IMG/VR virus record: IMGVR_UViG_3300013131_000036 | Span: 14,720 to 78,719 of that record | DNA from: a virus | Direction: 5' to 3' (one strand) | DNA length: 64,000 nt | In this document: positions 1-10,668 of the stretch, in pieces | How positions within the stretch are numbered: position 1 is the stretch's first letter | How the letters are laid out: every line of letters begins with the position of its first letter | Program-made: the position numbers and the translations under genes | The notes under the pieces: model-generated | The model's database searches: none | The model's input: the letters and a program-made list of their open reading frames with translations, nothing else | Told to the model about the DNA's origin: nothing

Positions 1-2098
1 AACTAAAATTGACAATACACCTGTATACAATTTACAGGAAGCAATCATCAATGCCATTGAATCTTATCCTTTCTTTATAAAAGAACTAGGCACCACCAAT
101 TTTACAATTAATTTTCAGCTTTCAACCACAAATTATTCATATTTGGACGGAAGAGACTTTAAAGATTATGATAATAATTCTAAACCCACAAACACAAATG
201 TTTTTCAATATCAAAAACTTTATCAAAAAAACTTGGGAAATAAACTATTGGCATTGACCGGACAATATCTTTTGGATCCTTTAAGCGGATATGTGTTGAT
301 TCCGGATTTTCCCCATCAAAATATTCTTAATAGACGCTTTCCCACAATTGCACATGTTCCGGAAATAGTGCGGGCCCAGCGTGAAAAATATTTGGGCAAT
401 TTCTTTACTAAAGACAATTTAGGTCTTTTGTTTTGGAATACATATAAAAAAGAATATTCTTTTTCAAGACAATTATCTTCAGGTGAAGTGATACTGATTC
501 CTGATCCAGAGGTGGGCGCAAATGCATCCGGACTTTCTTTGTATGATCAATCTCTTAGCGGAATAGATTATTCTGTTGATGTTCAATGGAACAGATACGA
601 TTGGTCAAATGATTATGCTTTTGGAAGAATTTATTCTGATCCTAAAATACACAAATTTTATCCTTATACAACAAAAACAGAAATATCAGAAGATAGCGAT
701 GAGGGAATTTCCAGAATAACCGATTATCAAGATTTTTGGAATGATCGTATAATTTGGAGAAATAAAGATGTTTTTGATTTTTTGGGGGATGATTTTTATC
801 CTTTAGATGAACGTAAAAAATATCTTTTATATAATAAAGGTATTTTAAGCAAATATAAAACTGATATTTTTGGAAATCATTATGGTTTATTTAAAAATTC
901 TTTGACAGATAGCTATTCAGCGGTTTCTACGTCTTTGCAATACCCATCTGCCACGGATATTTTTTCCACAAATATAACAGCTTTAAGCTCTTTGTATGAA
1001 AAACAAAATTTACAAATCGGACAAGTTTATGTTCGTTTATATAATGATACCAATGTTTTACCATTAAGCACAGCATTAAGCGGAATTTTTATAAAATATC
1101 CAGCAGTTGTTAGAACAGAACTGCAAAATTATTTGTTGGATATGGATTTAATTTTCAACACAATAATTTTAGAAACACCCAATTATGTCGTTTTGGATAA
1201 GATTAATTTTGATTTCGAAACAAACTCCTTCAATTCCATTTATACCAAAGAGACTTACTATAAAAAATACACGGAAAATTCTTCTTTAGAGAATTATTCC
1301 AATTTTTGGTACGATGATGAATACAAAAAAATATATTTAAATTTTTTAACTTTGTTTGAAACAAATTCTGCCAAAAGTGAAAAAATCCTTTATCCTAAAA
1401 TTTTAGTGGCAGACATACAGGACTTAAAATTCTCAAATTTTTATCCGGAATTTGAGAATATCCGATCATTAAGTTCATTTGCGGTGAATTTAAGTTTTGA
1501 AAATTACAATTCAACTTACAATGACAGAAGTCTTTTAAATGTTCATCATGAATCCCAAATTTTAGGAATACTGGTAAAAAGTTACAATAATAATGGCGTT
1601 CCTTTGCTTCAAAATTACAAATTCAAGCGGGCATTCAAAGGATTAAGTTTAGACCAATTTTTGGTTCTTAAACCTTGTGGGTTTATTTATGACAGAAATT
1701 ATAATGATATTATCAAGAAACAAACAGTCCGACATTCTTCATTTTATTCTTCAATAGTGGGAAATCAAAAAAATTTCAACAGTTTGGTGTGCACCACCTC
1801 CTCTTCAAATTATTATAATTATTATTACGCGGCCACAGAACCTTTGACGATTAGTTCGACGGTTTCTTCGTTTGTTTTATGCGATTCCACGCTTACAAAT
1901 GTTTTTGCCATAACTGCTGGCAATAAAAATCTTAATTTGAGAGATGTATATGGAACTTTGGTATATGACTTTTCCGGCAACAATCAGCATTATTTTACAA
2001 CGATTAACGATTCCATAACCGCTCAAGATGGATCGAATGTTTTTTCGATCACATACGTGGCCAGCGGACAACATGTTATTTACATAGATCCCAGATGA
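1..2098 (+). CDS. Large virion structural protein (baseplate/tail-associated), 5'-truncated by the window edge
   Basis: The frame is open from position 2 (TKIDNTPVYN...) to TGA at 2096-2098, so the track start at 143 is internal. Asn/Tyr/Ser-rich; first gene of a structural run. Confidence 0.6.
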   Translation, partial: TKIDNTPVYNLQEAIINAIESYPFFIKELGTTNFTINFQLSTTNYSYLDGRDFKDYDNNSKPTNTNVFQYQKLYQKNLGNKLLALTGQYLLDPLSGYVLIPDFPHQNILNRRFPTIAHVPEIVRAQREKYLGNFFTKDNLGLLFWNTYKKEYSFSRQLSSGEVILIPDPEVGANASGLSLYDQSLSGIDYSVDVQWNRYDWSNDYAFGRIYSDPKIHKFYPYTTKTEISEDSDEGISRITDYQDFWNDRIIWRNKDVFDFLGDDFYPLDERKKYLLYNKGILSKYKTDIFGNHYGLFKNSLTDSYSAVSTSLQYPSATDIFSTNITALSSLYEKQNLQIGQVYVRLYNDTNVLPLSTALSGIFIKYPAVVRTELQNYLLDMDLIFNTIILETPNYVVLDKINFDFETNSFNSIYTKETYYKKYTENSSLENYSNFWYDDEYKKIYLNFLTLFETNSAKSEKILYPKILVADIQDLKFSNFYPEFENIRSLSSFAVNLSFENYNSTYNDRSLLNVHHESQILGILVKSYNNNGVPLLQNYKFKRAFKGLSLDQFLVLKPCGFIYDRNYNDIIKKQTVRHSSFYSSIVGNQKNFNSLVCTTSSSNYYNYYYAATEPLTISSTVSSFVLCDSTLTNVFAITAGNKNLNLRDVYGTLVYDFSGNNQHYFTTINDSITAQDGSNVFSITYVASGQHVIYIDPR

Positions 2099-2127
2099 CA
2101 AAAGAATTTAACAATTAAATAATTTAT

Positions 2128-4089
2128 ATGCAATTCAACAGAATATATAACGAAACCCCTTTTGATAGCCGTCATGACATAGCGGCTTCATTGACCTTTT
2201 CTGTATTCAATCCGGTTTCCTCATGTTCTGGTGGGATCAGCATGGTTTTTTATGAAGACTCTCTGATTTCACCCTATGGTGGCGGCCCTTCAGGTTCTCT
2301 GGGATATGCGCCATATACAGGATCTCCTGTATTTTCTCAATCCAATTATGAAGGTTTAAAGGGTGGATATTTGGGAATAGGATTGGACATAACAGGAAAT
2401 TTTTCTAAAAAAGGAGAAGGAAAAACTGACGGGGATTTTAAAAACAATCCGAACACGGTAGCAATAAGGGGCCCGGAAGCGAATGGTTATTCTCTTTTGA
2501 CGGTAACAGAAAATCTTTCTTCTTTGTCAAACATAGTTTTGGGTCAAGGATACACAACAGAAGAAAATGCAATCTATCAAACAATCCGTGTTGTTTTAAC
2601 AGATCACGGTCGAAAAATTAAGGTTCAAAAAATGCAATCTCCTGATAATTTCATTACCATTGCTGAAACATACATCAACAAAAGAAAAAACACCGCTTAT
2701 CGAGTTGCGTGTAATTTTGTTTCAAATGACAATACAACTGTTTTTAAAACAAAAGAATTTGATTGTTATGGATTTGAAAATAAAATTGCCGACAACATTC
2801 TAGATTCAAATTTAGCAACATGTTTGCAATTTATAAAAACAAATGTTTTTAGTGTAGGACAAACAAGAAAATTATTCTTGGGTTCCAATAATTTGTTTTC
2901 AGAAATTGCGGGAAATAAATCGTTCTCCAATTACATTTTAACCACATCCATAACTGCTCCTTTTGATTTTAGACAAACCATTGTTTATAATTTATCAACG
3001 GTTGAAAACTTTTTAGACAATTCAATTGATAATCTTCTTGTAAGAAACACCTTAAACAATTCTGTAGATATTTACAGAAATTTAGGCAGAAACGTTGTAA
3101 AGGAATACACGGTTTATTCCACAAATGTTTCAGGATTTGGAATGCACGGAAGTTTGGATGGGGACTATCTCTATTTATCCACTCTTTCTTCTGTTGAAAT
3201 TTACAAAAGAAACAACTATGATTGGAACTATAATTCCAGAATAACAGGTCTTTCATCTGTTCCCACAAACATAAAATTTAAAAATGATAAAGGAATAGTT
3301 TCGTACATAGATGGGTCAGCAGAAATTTTTGAAAGGTCCGATTCCTTATCAAATTATTCAAGTGTTTTTTATCTTTCAGGAATATCGAATGCTTTGGAAG
3401 GATTTGGATACTCTATAGCAATTGGAGATTATTTTGCTGCGATTAGTTCACCATACAAAACATGTTCTTATACATCCGACGGGGCGGTTTTTATCTTTAC
3501 AAAAAACCCATCAACAAATTTATGGTCATATACATTGCAACTGTCTTCCGGTGATAATTTTAATGCAAATTTTGGAGCTGCTCTTACTATTTATAACAAT
3601 ATTTTTGCAGTAACAAGACCAGGAAATAGCGTATCTTTAAACAATAATGCCGGATTGATTGATATTTATAATTACTCTCAATCCAACGAATCTTTGAGTT
3701 TTTCAAAGACATATCCCCCCATATCGCTCACACCAAATGTTTATTTGGGAACTCATATAGACATCAAGGGAAATATTCTGGCGGCCCGTTCCACAAACGG
3801 AATAAGCATTTTTAATTTAACTTGTGATCCGGCATATGTTCCACCTCCCGTTATTCCTCCTTGTGCAATTCAATTGCTCACGCCTCTATCGGTTTCATAT
3901 ATAAGAAAAATAGATTTAAGCGGATATGTATTAACCATTCAATGTCCCAAGCCTCCAATCCTACCTTTGAGTGCTTATTGTGCAATGGTTGAAATTGTTA
4001 ACAGCAGCATTCCTCTTTATTCCATAAATGGTTTTGATATTCTGAGTCCGATTTATTGCCCACCGTTGACGGGAGTTCCCATAATATGA
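2128..4089 (+). CDS. Virion protein with an N-terminal legume-lectin (L-type)-like domain and an FG-GAP-like beta-propeller
   Basis: GGISMVF...GSLGY...YLGIGLDITGNF lectin-like motifs; FGYSIAI, FGAALTI, GAVFIF and GLIDIY FG-GAP-type repeats; C-terminal Pro/Cys modules. Confidence 0.65.
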   Translation: MQFNRIYNETPFDSRHDIAASLTFSVFNPVSSCSGGISMVFYEDSLISPYGGGPSGSLGYAPYTGSPVFSQSNYEGLKGGYLGIGLDITGNFSKKGEGKTDGDFKNNPNTVAIRGPEANGYSLLTVTENLSSLSNIVLGQGYTTEENAIYQTIRVVLTDHGRKIKVQKMQSPDNFITIAETYINKRKNTAYRVACNFVSNDNTTVFKTKEFDCYGFENKIADNILDSNLATCLQFIKTNVFSVGQTRKLFLGSNNLFSEIAGNKSFSNYILTTSITAPFDFRQTIVYNLSTVENFLDNSIDNLLVRNTLNNSVDIYRNLGRNVVKEYTVYSTNVSGFGMHGSLDGDYLYLSTLSSVEIYKRNNYDWNYNSRITGLSSVPTNIKFKNDKGIVSYIDGSAEIFERSDSLSNYSSVFYLSGISNALEGFGYSIAIGDYFAAISSPYKTCSYTSDGAVFIFTKNPSTNLWSYTLQLSSGDNFNANFGAALTIYNNIFAVTRPGNSVSLNNNAGLIDIYNYSQSNESLSFSKTYPPISLTPNVYLGTHIDIKGNILAARSTNGISIFNLTCDPAYVPPPVIPPCAIQLLTPLSVSYIRKIDLSGYVLTIQCPKPPILPLSAYCAMVEIVNSSIPLYSINGFDILSPIYCPPLTGVPII

Positions 4090-4970
4090 AATATAATACG
4101 GCAATAATTTATCTTACAGCCGACGAAAATTTCGTCAGTTACGGCACAATTGACGGGTATGTTTACCAAGATCCTATTTTTGGCTATGGGTTTACATATA
4201 CAAACACTCTTTGTTCCGGCACGTTTGCATCATTGAGCGCGTATCCCCCGCTTTCAGCGCTTCCTGTAAATGATTATACAAACACATCAACATTTTCTGC
4301 TTCAGAAAATATAGTTATTCGTCGGCACGAACAAAATGAATTTCTTTTTATAGCCCCTATTATCATTACATATTCTTTATCAGGTGTTCAACAAACCTTT
4401 TATAAAATACAAAAGGTTTCTTCAAATTTAAATAATAATTTAGTAGAAACAAACGTTAATTTGGTTAATCCGACATTAACCACAATAAAAAGCGTGTCGG
4501 GAACATATGAAACGACTAAAAACTTTTTGGAATCATACAGTGCAAGTATCAGTTGTTATCGGGAAAATTTTTATGTTGATGTTTTTGTTATTCATTTAAG
4601 TTGCACACAACCCAGTATCATAGATCCTGTTTTGGATTATAAAATTTTAAATTATCAATTGTTGGATGATGCAAGAAATTATTTGTTGACGCTTCAAGGA
4701 TATAACATGTTAAATGTCCATTACGGAGTTTTAGGAACCGGTGATTATCTGTTCAACGCACCTCCTATAATAAGACCGGAACTTCCCCCCCTTGAATTTG
4801 CAATTACAATTTTACCTGCCATAACTTCCGAGCCAATTTATCCGGTCATACCTCCTTTGAGTGCTTATTGTGCATTAATAACAATTTTAAACAATGAACT
4901 ATTGATAGGTGTTAATGTATTCAATCCAACTTATTTGGTTCCAATAAGTTGTGTTGCCCCGATATATTAA
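4086..4970 (+). CDS. Putative virion structural protein
   Basis: ATG at 4086 overlaps the previous stop (ATGA). Shares the C-terminal PLSAYC module with the upstream gene. Confidence 0.55.
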   Translation: MKYNTAIIYLTADENFVSYGTIDGYVYQDPIFGYGFTYTNTLCSGTFASLSAYPPLSALPVNDYTNTSTFSASENIVIRRHEQNEFLFIAPIIITYSLSGVQQTFYKIQKVSSNLNNNLVETNVNLVNPTLTTIKSVSGTYETTKNFLESYSASISCYRENFYVDVFVIHLSCTQPSIIDPVLDYKILNYQLLDDARNYLLTLQGYNMLNVHYGVLGTGDYLFNAPPIIRPELPPLEFAITILPAITSEPIYPVIPPLSAYCALITILNNELLIGVNVFNPTYLVPISCVAPIY

Positions 4971-4981
4971 TAAATATTTTT

Positions 4982-7900
4982 ATGCCTGTAAAATCATTTG
5001 ATGACAATAATTGGTCGAACATGGAAGTTTTTTATGTTCAGGACAATGATTTACAAACCCATCAACAAAGAATATTCAGTGATTCTTGCATAAATTTCGT
5101 ATATCCTGAATTGTTTTCAAAAACATTTGACCAAAAAAATAATAATTATTCCACGATTGCTTTAACATCTTCAATTGGATTTTTAAAAGAATTTTCATTA
5201 ACAAATCCAAATCAAACTGGAAACGGTTTTGTCACTACTATCAGCAATGGTTTGGCCAGCGTAAAAGACACGGCGCAACGTTTTTGGGCCATATCACCGA
5301 TAGTTTCATCCAATTATATGGATATAACCACAAATAATTTTTTCGGAGGAAAAAATTCCAATTATTATTTTGAAGTAGATTTCTTGCCAAACAATCTTTG
5401 CAGAGTTTCACACGAATATTACAATGTAAGATATTATTTAAATGTAAATTTTCTTACCAATCGTGTTTATCTGCTTTCATCCACAACTGACATTTACAAC
5501 ACAAACAGCCTGTATCATCAGGCTTTCGAATACATTTTAGATGCAACCAACAATTGCATGGCTTTGTTTTACAGAAAAAACAACAATGTTTATACATTAG
5601 TAAGGGAAAGTTCCTCTTTAGGATTTGTTCCTTTGACAGGAAGTGATGTTCAATTAACCCCGCAGAATACATTTAATATTTTGCCAATAAAATTTAATCT
5701 TTTGGATTCTCTTTCATCCAGATGGTTTTCATATACAAAACAATTTGATACGAACAATTTAAATGTGGATTGTTCGCAATCAGAAATAATAAAAAACCAA
5801 GTCATATTTCATAGTGAATTTAACAACATATCCTCTGAACGAATTCCTTATAATTTTATAACAGAAAAAAACAACTTAACTCCCCAATCTGAGAATGTTT
5901 CATACGGTGAAAATAAAGAACTTAGAAAATATGTATCTTTAAACACAGGATCATTTCAGGAAAAGGGAAATCTAAAATTTTCTCAGAATTACCAAAGCAA
6001 AATAAACGAATACAGGTTTGAACCGGGAAGATTGACTTACTTCCATACATCTTTGGATATGGGTGAATATAATTTCATCAACATCAATGATTCAAAATTA
6101 GCCGAATCCGGGGCGGTTTATTCAAATACTCCTGAATTTTCCGATAAAATATGGAAAAAAAATGCAGATTATAAAAATACGTCAAATCAGGGGAATCCTC
6201 GGGGGGAAATTAACGGTACCTGGCTTTGCTCATGGTTGAGCGGTTCTTCAAATCCCAATACACGTCCTGTCTGGTATGATCGATATTTTTTACCGAATAA
6301 AACAACACGGCAATTGGCTTTTTCGGCCAATGATGTTTTTGCATATGAAAGTTATTATGATTGTATAACAAAACAATTGAATGTTCCGTCAGAAATTTTT
6401 GATATAAAAAGTCAATTAACGTTTGAACCTTATACTCTTTATGCGTATTATAGAATAGGAAAACAGGATATTGATGAATATATAAATAAAAACGATTCTT
6501 CAGTTCTTTTTAATGGAATCGATCAATATTTGCAAACAAACGGCACTGTGTTGGCTCCTTCAAACGGTGTTTATAAATTTTTGGGAAATGTGTATGCGAT
6601 AAATGAAACAATTAATAGTAAAAATTTTGATAATCGATTCACATTTTTCTTTACAATAGGAAGCAAAGATTTTCGTGTGCCATTTGGACATGAAATCGTT
6701 GGTAATTACAAAAATACCGGCATAGGAATTTATTCTGACCGGGCAGTGACCCCTTTTGTTCGGACTATTGACGGAAACAAAGTAAAAATTTACAATTCAG
6801 AATGGAGTTTAATAGACACAATAGAATTTAACAAGCCCATTTTAGACCTTGTTCAAATTGAAAGTCTGGATGATTATTTTGTTTTGGACAATTCAGGCGA
6901 ACTTTTTCAAATAAATTCTCAAAACACAATTACAGACAGTTCCCAGTACAATCCCCTTTCATCAACTATATCGCATTTTTCCGATGCAACAAGCACATAT
7001 TTCTTGGTATCACCAGTGGGTGACTTTGTTTCTTACAACCGAAAAACAGAAAAATTTGATTATAATGATCTGGTTAAACAATATTCCACAACTCCCATGG
7101 TAAGTGCCAAATCTTTGAAAAAAATAGGAAATGCGATTTATATATTGGATGGGGGCGATTCAGAAATACGTGACCAAGTTAGAATTTTTTACAATTCAAA
7201 CGGAGAAATAAAAGAATGGAACGTTTCTAGCAATAATATTGAAACCCGCATTTACAATAGTAGCGGGGCCATAACTACATTTACAATTGATAATGATTTG
7301 AACTTTTTTATATTCGATAACAATTCAACCTGTTATGTCCACAATTCTGCCGGATTCGTTATCAATTCATTTAAATTACCCGTAAGTGCTCAAAATGTAA
7401 TTGCCAGTGATTATTGTTCAACTTACGTGGCAGGAGAAAATATTTCCACAGTTTATGCCATATGTTCAACAACCAACACAACAGGATCAGTGGCTTTGAT
7501 AGACACAAAAACATTTGAAGCAAATGAAAACGTAATTACATTGGATTATCCTGTTTCCGCTTGTTTTACTGTTCCCACCACAAATTCAGTTTATAATCAT
7601 GAAATTATAAACCAAACATATCCCAAAAATGGGTTGACCATAAGAATCAATCTTCCGAATGTGTATCCGTCCGAATCTTCAGAGGAATTAAACCTTTCTT
7701 TTGACATAAACCAATTAAATTTTGGTTATCATCAGTTTGCCTTATCATTTGATTCTGTAAAAGGAAATTGTGTTTTATTTGTGGATGGTCAAATCGCGAC
7801 ATCAAAAACCTTCAGCCCCGGAAAATACACATTAAGTGAAATTATCAGTGAACCTTTTACATATGGAACCACTCAATATTTTGCCGGAATTAATTTGTAT

Positions 7901-8263
7901 GATAAATTAAAAATAGAAAATGCATTCACAGTCAAAAACATGGATATTCGTGATGTGTTTTTCTTCACGAAAGCTTTGGATTATTATACCATAAGATTAA
8001 TTCAAAAATATTCTAAAAACATTCAGCCCCTGTTATTCAATCTCCCTTCGGAAAATAGAAATTATACAGACACAATTGACAAGTTTTTCCGTCAAAGAGT
8101 ACCTTATCACAAATCTCCAGCAATAAACATTTCCATAAACAATTCCAGAATAACAGACTCAACTGCACGAGCCTATGTGCAACAGCAATTAAATACCATA
8201 TTGTTGAACAATCTTCCGTACATGACTGAAATTAAAGATTTGGTATGGAGAGAAAATTTGTGA
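4982..8263 (+). CDS. Large virion protein with propeller-like and C-terminal LamG/ConA-like segments
   Basis: ATG at 4982 lies 5 nt after AATAAATA. YHQFALSFD...CVLFVDGQ is a LamG-like motif. About 1093 aa. Confidence 0.6.
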   Translation: MPVKSFDDNNWSNMEVFYVQDNDLQTHQQRIFSDSCINFVYPELFSKTFDQKNNNYSTIALTSSIGFLKEFSLTNPNQTGNGFVTTISNGLASVKDTAQRFWAISPIVSSNYMDITTNNFFGGKNSNYYFEVDFLPNNLCRVSHEYYNVRYYLNVNFLTNRVYLLSSTTDIYNTNSLYHQAFEYILDATNNCMALFYRKNNNVYTLVRESSSLGFVPLTGSDVQLTPQNTFNILPIKFNLLDSLSSRWFSYTKQFDTNNLNVDCSQSEIIKNQVIFHSEFNNISSERIPYNFITEKNNLTPQSENVSYGENKELRKYVSLNTGSFQEKGNLKFSQNYQSKINEYRFEPGRLTYFHTSLDMGEYNFININDSKLAESGAVYSNTPEFSDKIWKKNADYKNTSNQGNPRGEINGTWLCSWLSGSSNPNTRPVWYDRYFLPNKTTRQLAFSANDVFAYESYYDCITKQLNVPSEIFDIKSQLTFEPYTLYAYYRIGKQDIDEYINKNDSSVLFNGIDQYLQTNGTVLAPSNGVYKFLGNVYAINETINSKNFDNRFTFFFTIGSKDFRVPFGHEIVGNYKNTGIGIYSDRAVTPFVRTIDGNKVKIYNSEWSLIDTIEFNKPILDLVQIESLDDYFVLDNSGELFQINSQNTITDSSQYNPLSSTISHFSDATSTYFLVSPVGDFVSYNRKTEKFDYNDLVKQYSTTPMVSAKSLKKIGNAIYILDGGDSEIRDQVRIFYNSNGEIKEWNVSSNNIETRIYNSSGAITTFTIDNDLNFFIFDNNSTCYVHNSAGFVINSFKLPVSAQNVIASDYCSTYVAGENISTVYAICSTTNTTGSVALIDTKTFEANENVITLDYPVSACFTVPTTNSVYNHEIINQTYPKNGLTIRINLPNVYPSESSEELNLSFDINQLNFGYHQFALSFDSVKGNCVLFVDGQIATSKTFSPGKYTLSEIISEPFTYGTTQYFAGINLYDKLKIENAFTVKNMDIRDVFFFTKALDYYTIRLIQKYSKNIQPLLFNLPSENRNYTDTIDKFFRQRVPYHKSPAINISINNSRITDSTARAYVQQQLNTILLNNLPYMTEIKDLVWRENL

Positions 8264-10017
8264 AAAATATTTCCCAATCATTTCAGGAAGAAAATTTAAT
8301 TTTTGATCGAGTGGTGGGGGATTTTGTCAACTTGCCTTATCAGTTTGATAAAATTCAAATTCCCGTCAATGAATTGAGCGTTTCAGGTGCTTTGAATTTG
8401 CGTTTGGATTATTTGTACAAAAATCTTTTATATCTTTATTCTCGAACCAAAATTCTCACAAATCAAATACCGTATTCCTATACAAATTGGTTGGGGGTTC
8501 CTTCCGGACAAAATCAAATCAAATGGAATTTAACAACGACGCCAAACACCAGTGGTGCATCGTTTTTAAACGTGGGTCTTTCTGCACTGGATGGTATACG
8601 TGATTTTGTTGTGGTTCCCACCTCAGACAATGAAAATAGAATTTTGATAGCTTCCCAGGGGCAAACAATATTTTTCTCAAAATTTAATAAAGACTATACA
8701 ACTTTCAATATTTTGCTTTCCAGCATTTATGTGGATGAGCAGACACAATTGAGGAACGGAAACATAACCGATTTGATTTTGAATCAAAACGATCTTTATG
8801 TTGTTGATGCTGTTAACAATGAAATTATATTATATGATGTTGAAGGTTTTATTGGAGGAGAAAATGTAAAACTCAATAAACGATATCTAAAAAAAATCAT
8901 AGGCGGTCAGGGAGGACGTTACGACAACAACGAATTTAATAATCCTTATGCTGCCGATTTGTATCTTTCCACATTGGTGGTCATGGACAGCGGAAATTCC
9001 TCTTTAAAGTTTTTCGATAGCCAACTTAATTGGAGATATTCATTAACGTTAAAAAAACTTTTTTCCACATATACGATTGTTGACATCAAACTTCACAAAA
9101 ATCAATCCACGAACATAACCGAAATATTCCTTCTTTCCAAAGAAAACAAGATTATCATAGTTGATATATCAAATTCTTCCTACAAAATAATAGATTTTTC
9201 AGAGGAAACAATTTTTGGTGAATATGCAATAAAATATGTGTTTAGTCAGGAAAATTCGAATATTTTTTATATTTTAACAAACAAATCCTTGTATAAAAAA
9301 TATTTTTCAAGACCCACAACAAAAATTGGAAAATATAATTTAACAAAGGACAACATTTTTAATTATAGTTTGCAGGCTTTGGATCTTTATTTAAACGAGA
9401 ATGTGGATGATATATTGTTGTTTTCGTCCACAACATTGGGTACAAATATTTCGGGAGGTCAGTTTTTTAGATTTTTGGAGCCAAATACCACAAACAATAT
9501 GCTTTACTCTTATGATTTTGAAATATTTTCTTCACAACAAATTCACGTGGAGGATGACGAATATTCTCAAAGTTTTGTTTTCAATAAAAGCATAAGCAAA
9601 CTTATCAACAACAATTACATTCTTTTGAATCAGGCGCGGCAAAGATTCAAGTTTGATCTGGATCCATTTCTTCCACTTTCTGCTGTGGACATTCAAATGA
9701 CAAATCAAGACATTTATGAAAGTTATAGATTTGTAAAAAATATCTATATGGACGATTCGTTTTTATCAGGTCCGGCACTAAACATTAACTGTGATAATTT
9801 TATTGGAAATAATGAAAATTATCAAAGTGATGTGATAAACAGGTGTTTATATAAATTATATTTGCAACAATTAGCTATTCTTGATGTGATTCAAGGTGAT
9901 ACGCCCCTGCCAATACCAATATTCAAAACAGATTGCAATATTATTACCATAGACGCCGGTGCTGATATGATAGGTGTTGGAGATGGTGCATTTATAATCG
10001 GCATCCTCTGCACATAA
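8260..10017 (+). CDS. Virion protein with NHL-repeat-like beta-propeller
   Basis: LYVVDAVNNEI, EFNNPYAADL and LVVMDSGNSSLKFFD are NHL motifs. GTG start overlaps the previous stop (GTGA). Confidence 0.6.
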   Translation: MKNISQSFQEENLIFDRVVGDFVNLPYQFDKIQIPVNELSVSGALNLRLDYLYKNLLYLYSRTKILTNQIPYSYTNWLGVPSGQNQIKWNLTTTPNTSGASFLNVGLSALDGIRDFVVVPTSDNENRILIASQGQTIFFSKFNKDYTTFNILLSSIYVDEQTQLRNGNITDLILNQNDLYVVDAVNNEIILYDVEGFIGGENVKLNKRYLKKIIGGQGGRYDNNEFNNPYAADLYLSTLVVMDSGNSSLKFFDSQLNWRYSLTLKKLFSTYTIVDIKLHKNQSTNITEIFLLSKENKIIIVDISNSSYKIIDFSEETIFGEYAIKYVFSQENSNIFYILTNKSLYKKYFSRPTTKIGKYNLTKDNIFNYSLQALDLYLNENVDDILLFSSTTLGTNISGGQFFRFLEPNTTNNMLYSYDFEIFSSQQIHVEDDEYSQSFVFNKSISKLINNNYILLNQARQRFKFDLDPFLPLSAVDIQMTNQDIYESYRFVKNIYMDDSFLSGPALNINCDNFIGNNENYQSDVINRCLYKLYLQQLAILDVIQGDTPLPIPIFKTDCNIITIDAGADMIGVGDGAFIIGILCT

Positions 10018-10030
10018 TATGCAATTAATT

Positions 10031-10038
10031 TATAAATA
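10031..10038 (+). promoter_or_regulatory. T4-type late promoter TATAAATA
   Basis: Exact T4 late consensus, 5 nt before ATG 10044. Confidence 0.75.
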
Positions 10039-10043
10039 AATAT

Positions 10044-10667
10044 ATGGCTGGCAATTATCCTTTTCACGGAAAGCTTCATCGTTCCACCCACCATACCAAT
10101 CCCACTCCGGGCATATTGGAAAGTGGAACCGATCCTGTTGCCGGACCCAATTCCAAATTTCAGGGAATTTTTTACACTCAAGATCAAGGCACAAGTGAAA
10201 ACTGGTATAGTGCATATTTAACACTTCAAGCCAATAGCGGTTATTGGGTCAGCGTTTACACCACAGTTCAAACAAACAGTTCCGATTGGGAAAGTGTTTA
10301 TACTCATGTTTTATCTTTCAGTTCCAATTGGCAAAGCACTTATATAACAGTTAATACACTTTCCGGAAGCTGGTCTTCAGTTTATACAACGGTCAAAGCT
10401 GACAGTGCATATTGGGCGGAAGCATATGCAAATCTTGTGGCCAACAGTGCAAATTATACCTCATTCCTTTCATCGGTTGGATTTGGCAACATTCTTTCTC
10501 CAAATGTTTTTTATCAGGACAGAATACAGGCGTTAGATCTGAATTATGCTTCTGTGCAGGCGGCAGTATCCGCCCTGCATGAACGGGTAAATGCTCTTTA
10601 CGTAATGTTTACTGGTCTGACCGCCAACCAATCCACCATCATTGTTTCCATAACCAGCAACAATTAA
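10044..10667 (+). CDS. Fibre-like protein with 14-aa Trp/Tyr repeats
   Basis: W-x-S-x-Y-x-T-V-x-x-x-S repeats at exact 14-residue spacing, followed by a coiled-coil C-terminus. Confidence 0.6.
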   Translation: MAGNYPFHGKLHRSTHHTNPTPGILESGTDPVAGPNSKFQGIFYTQDQGTSENWYSAYLTLQANSGYWVSVYTTVQTNSSDWESVYTHVLSFSSNWQSTYITVNTLSGSWSSVYTTVKADSAYWAEAYANLVANSANYTSFLSSVGFGNILSPNVFYQDRIQALDLNYASVQAAVSALHERVNALYVMFTGLTANQSTIIVSITSNN

Positions 10668-10668
10668 T

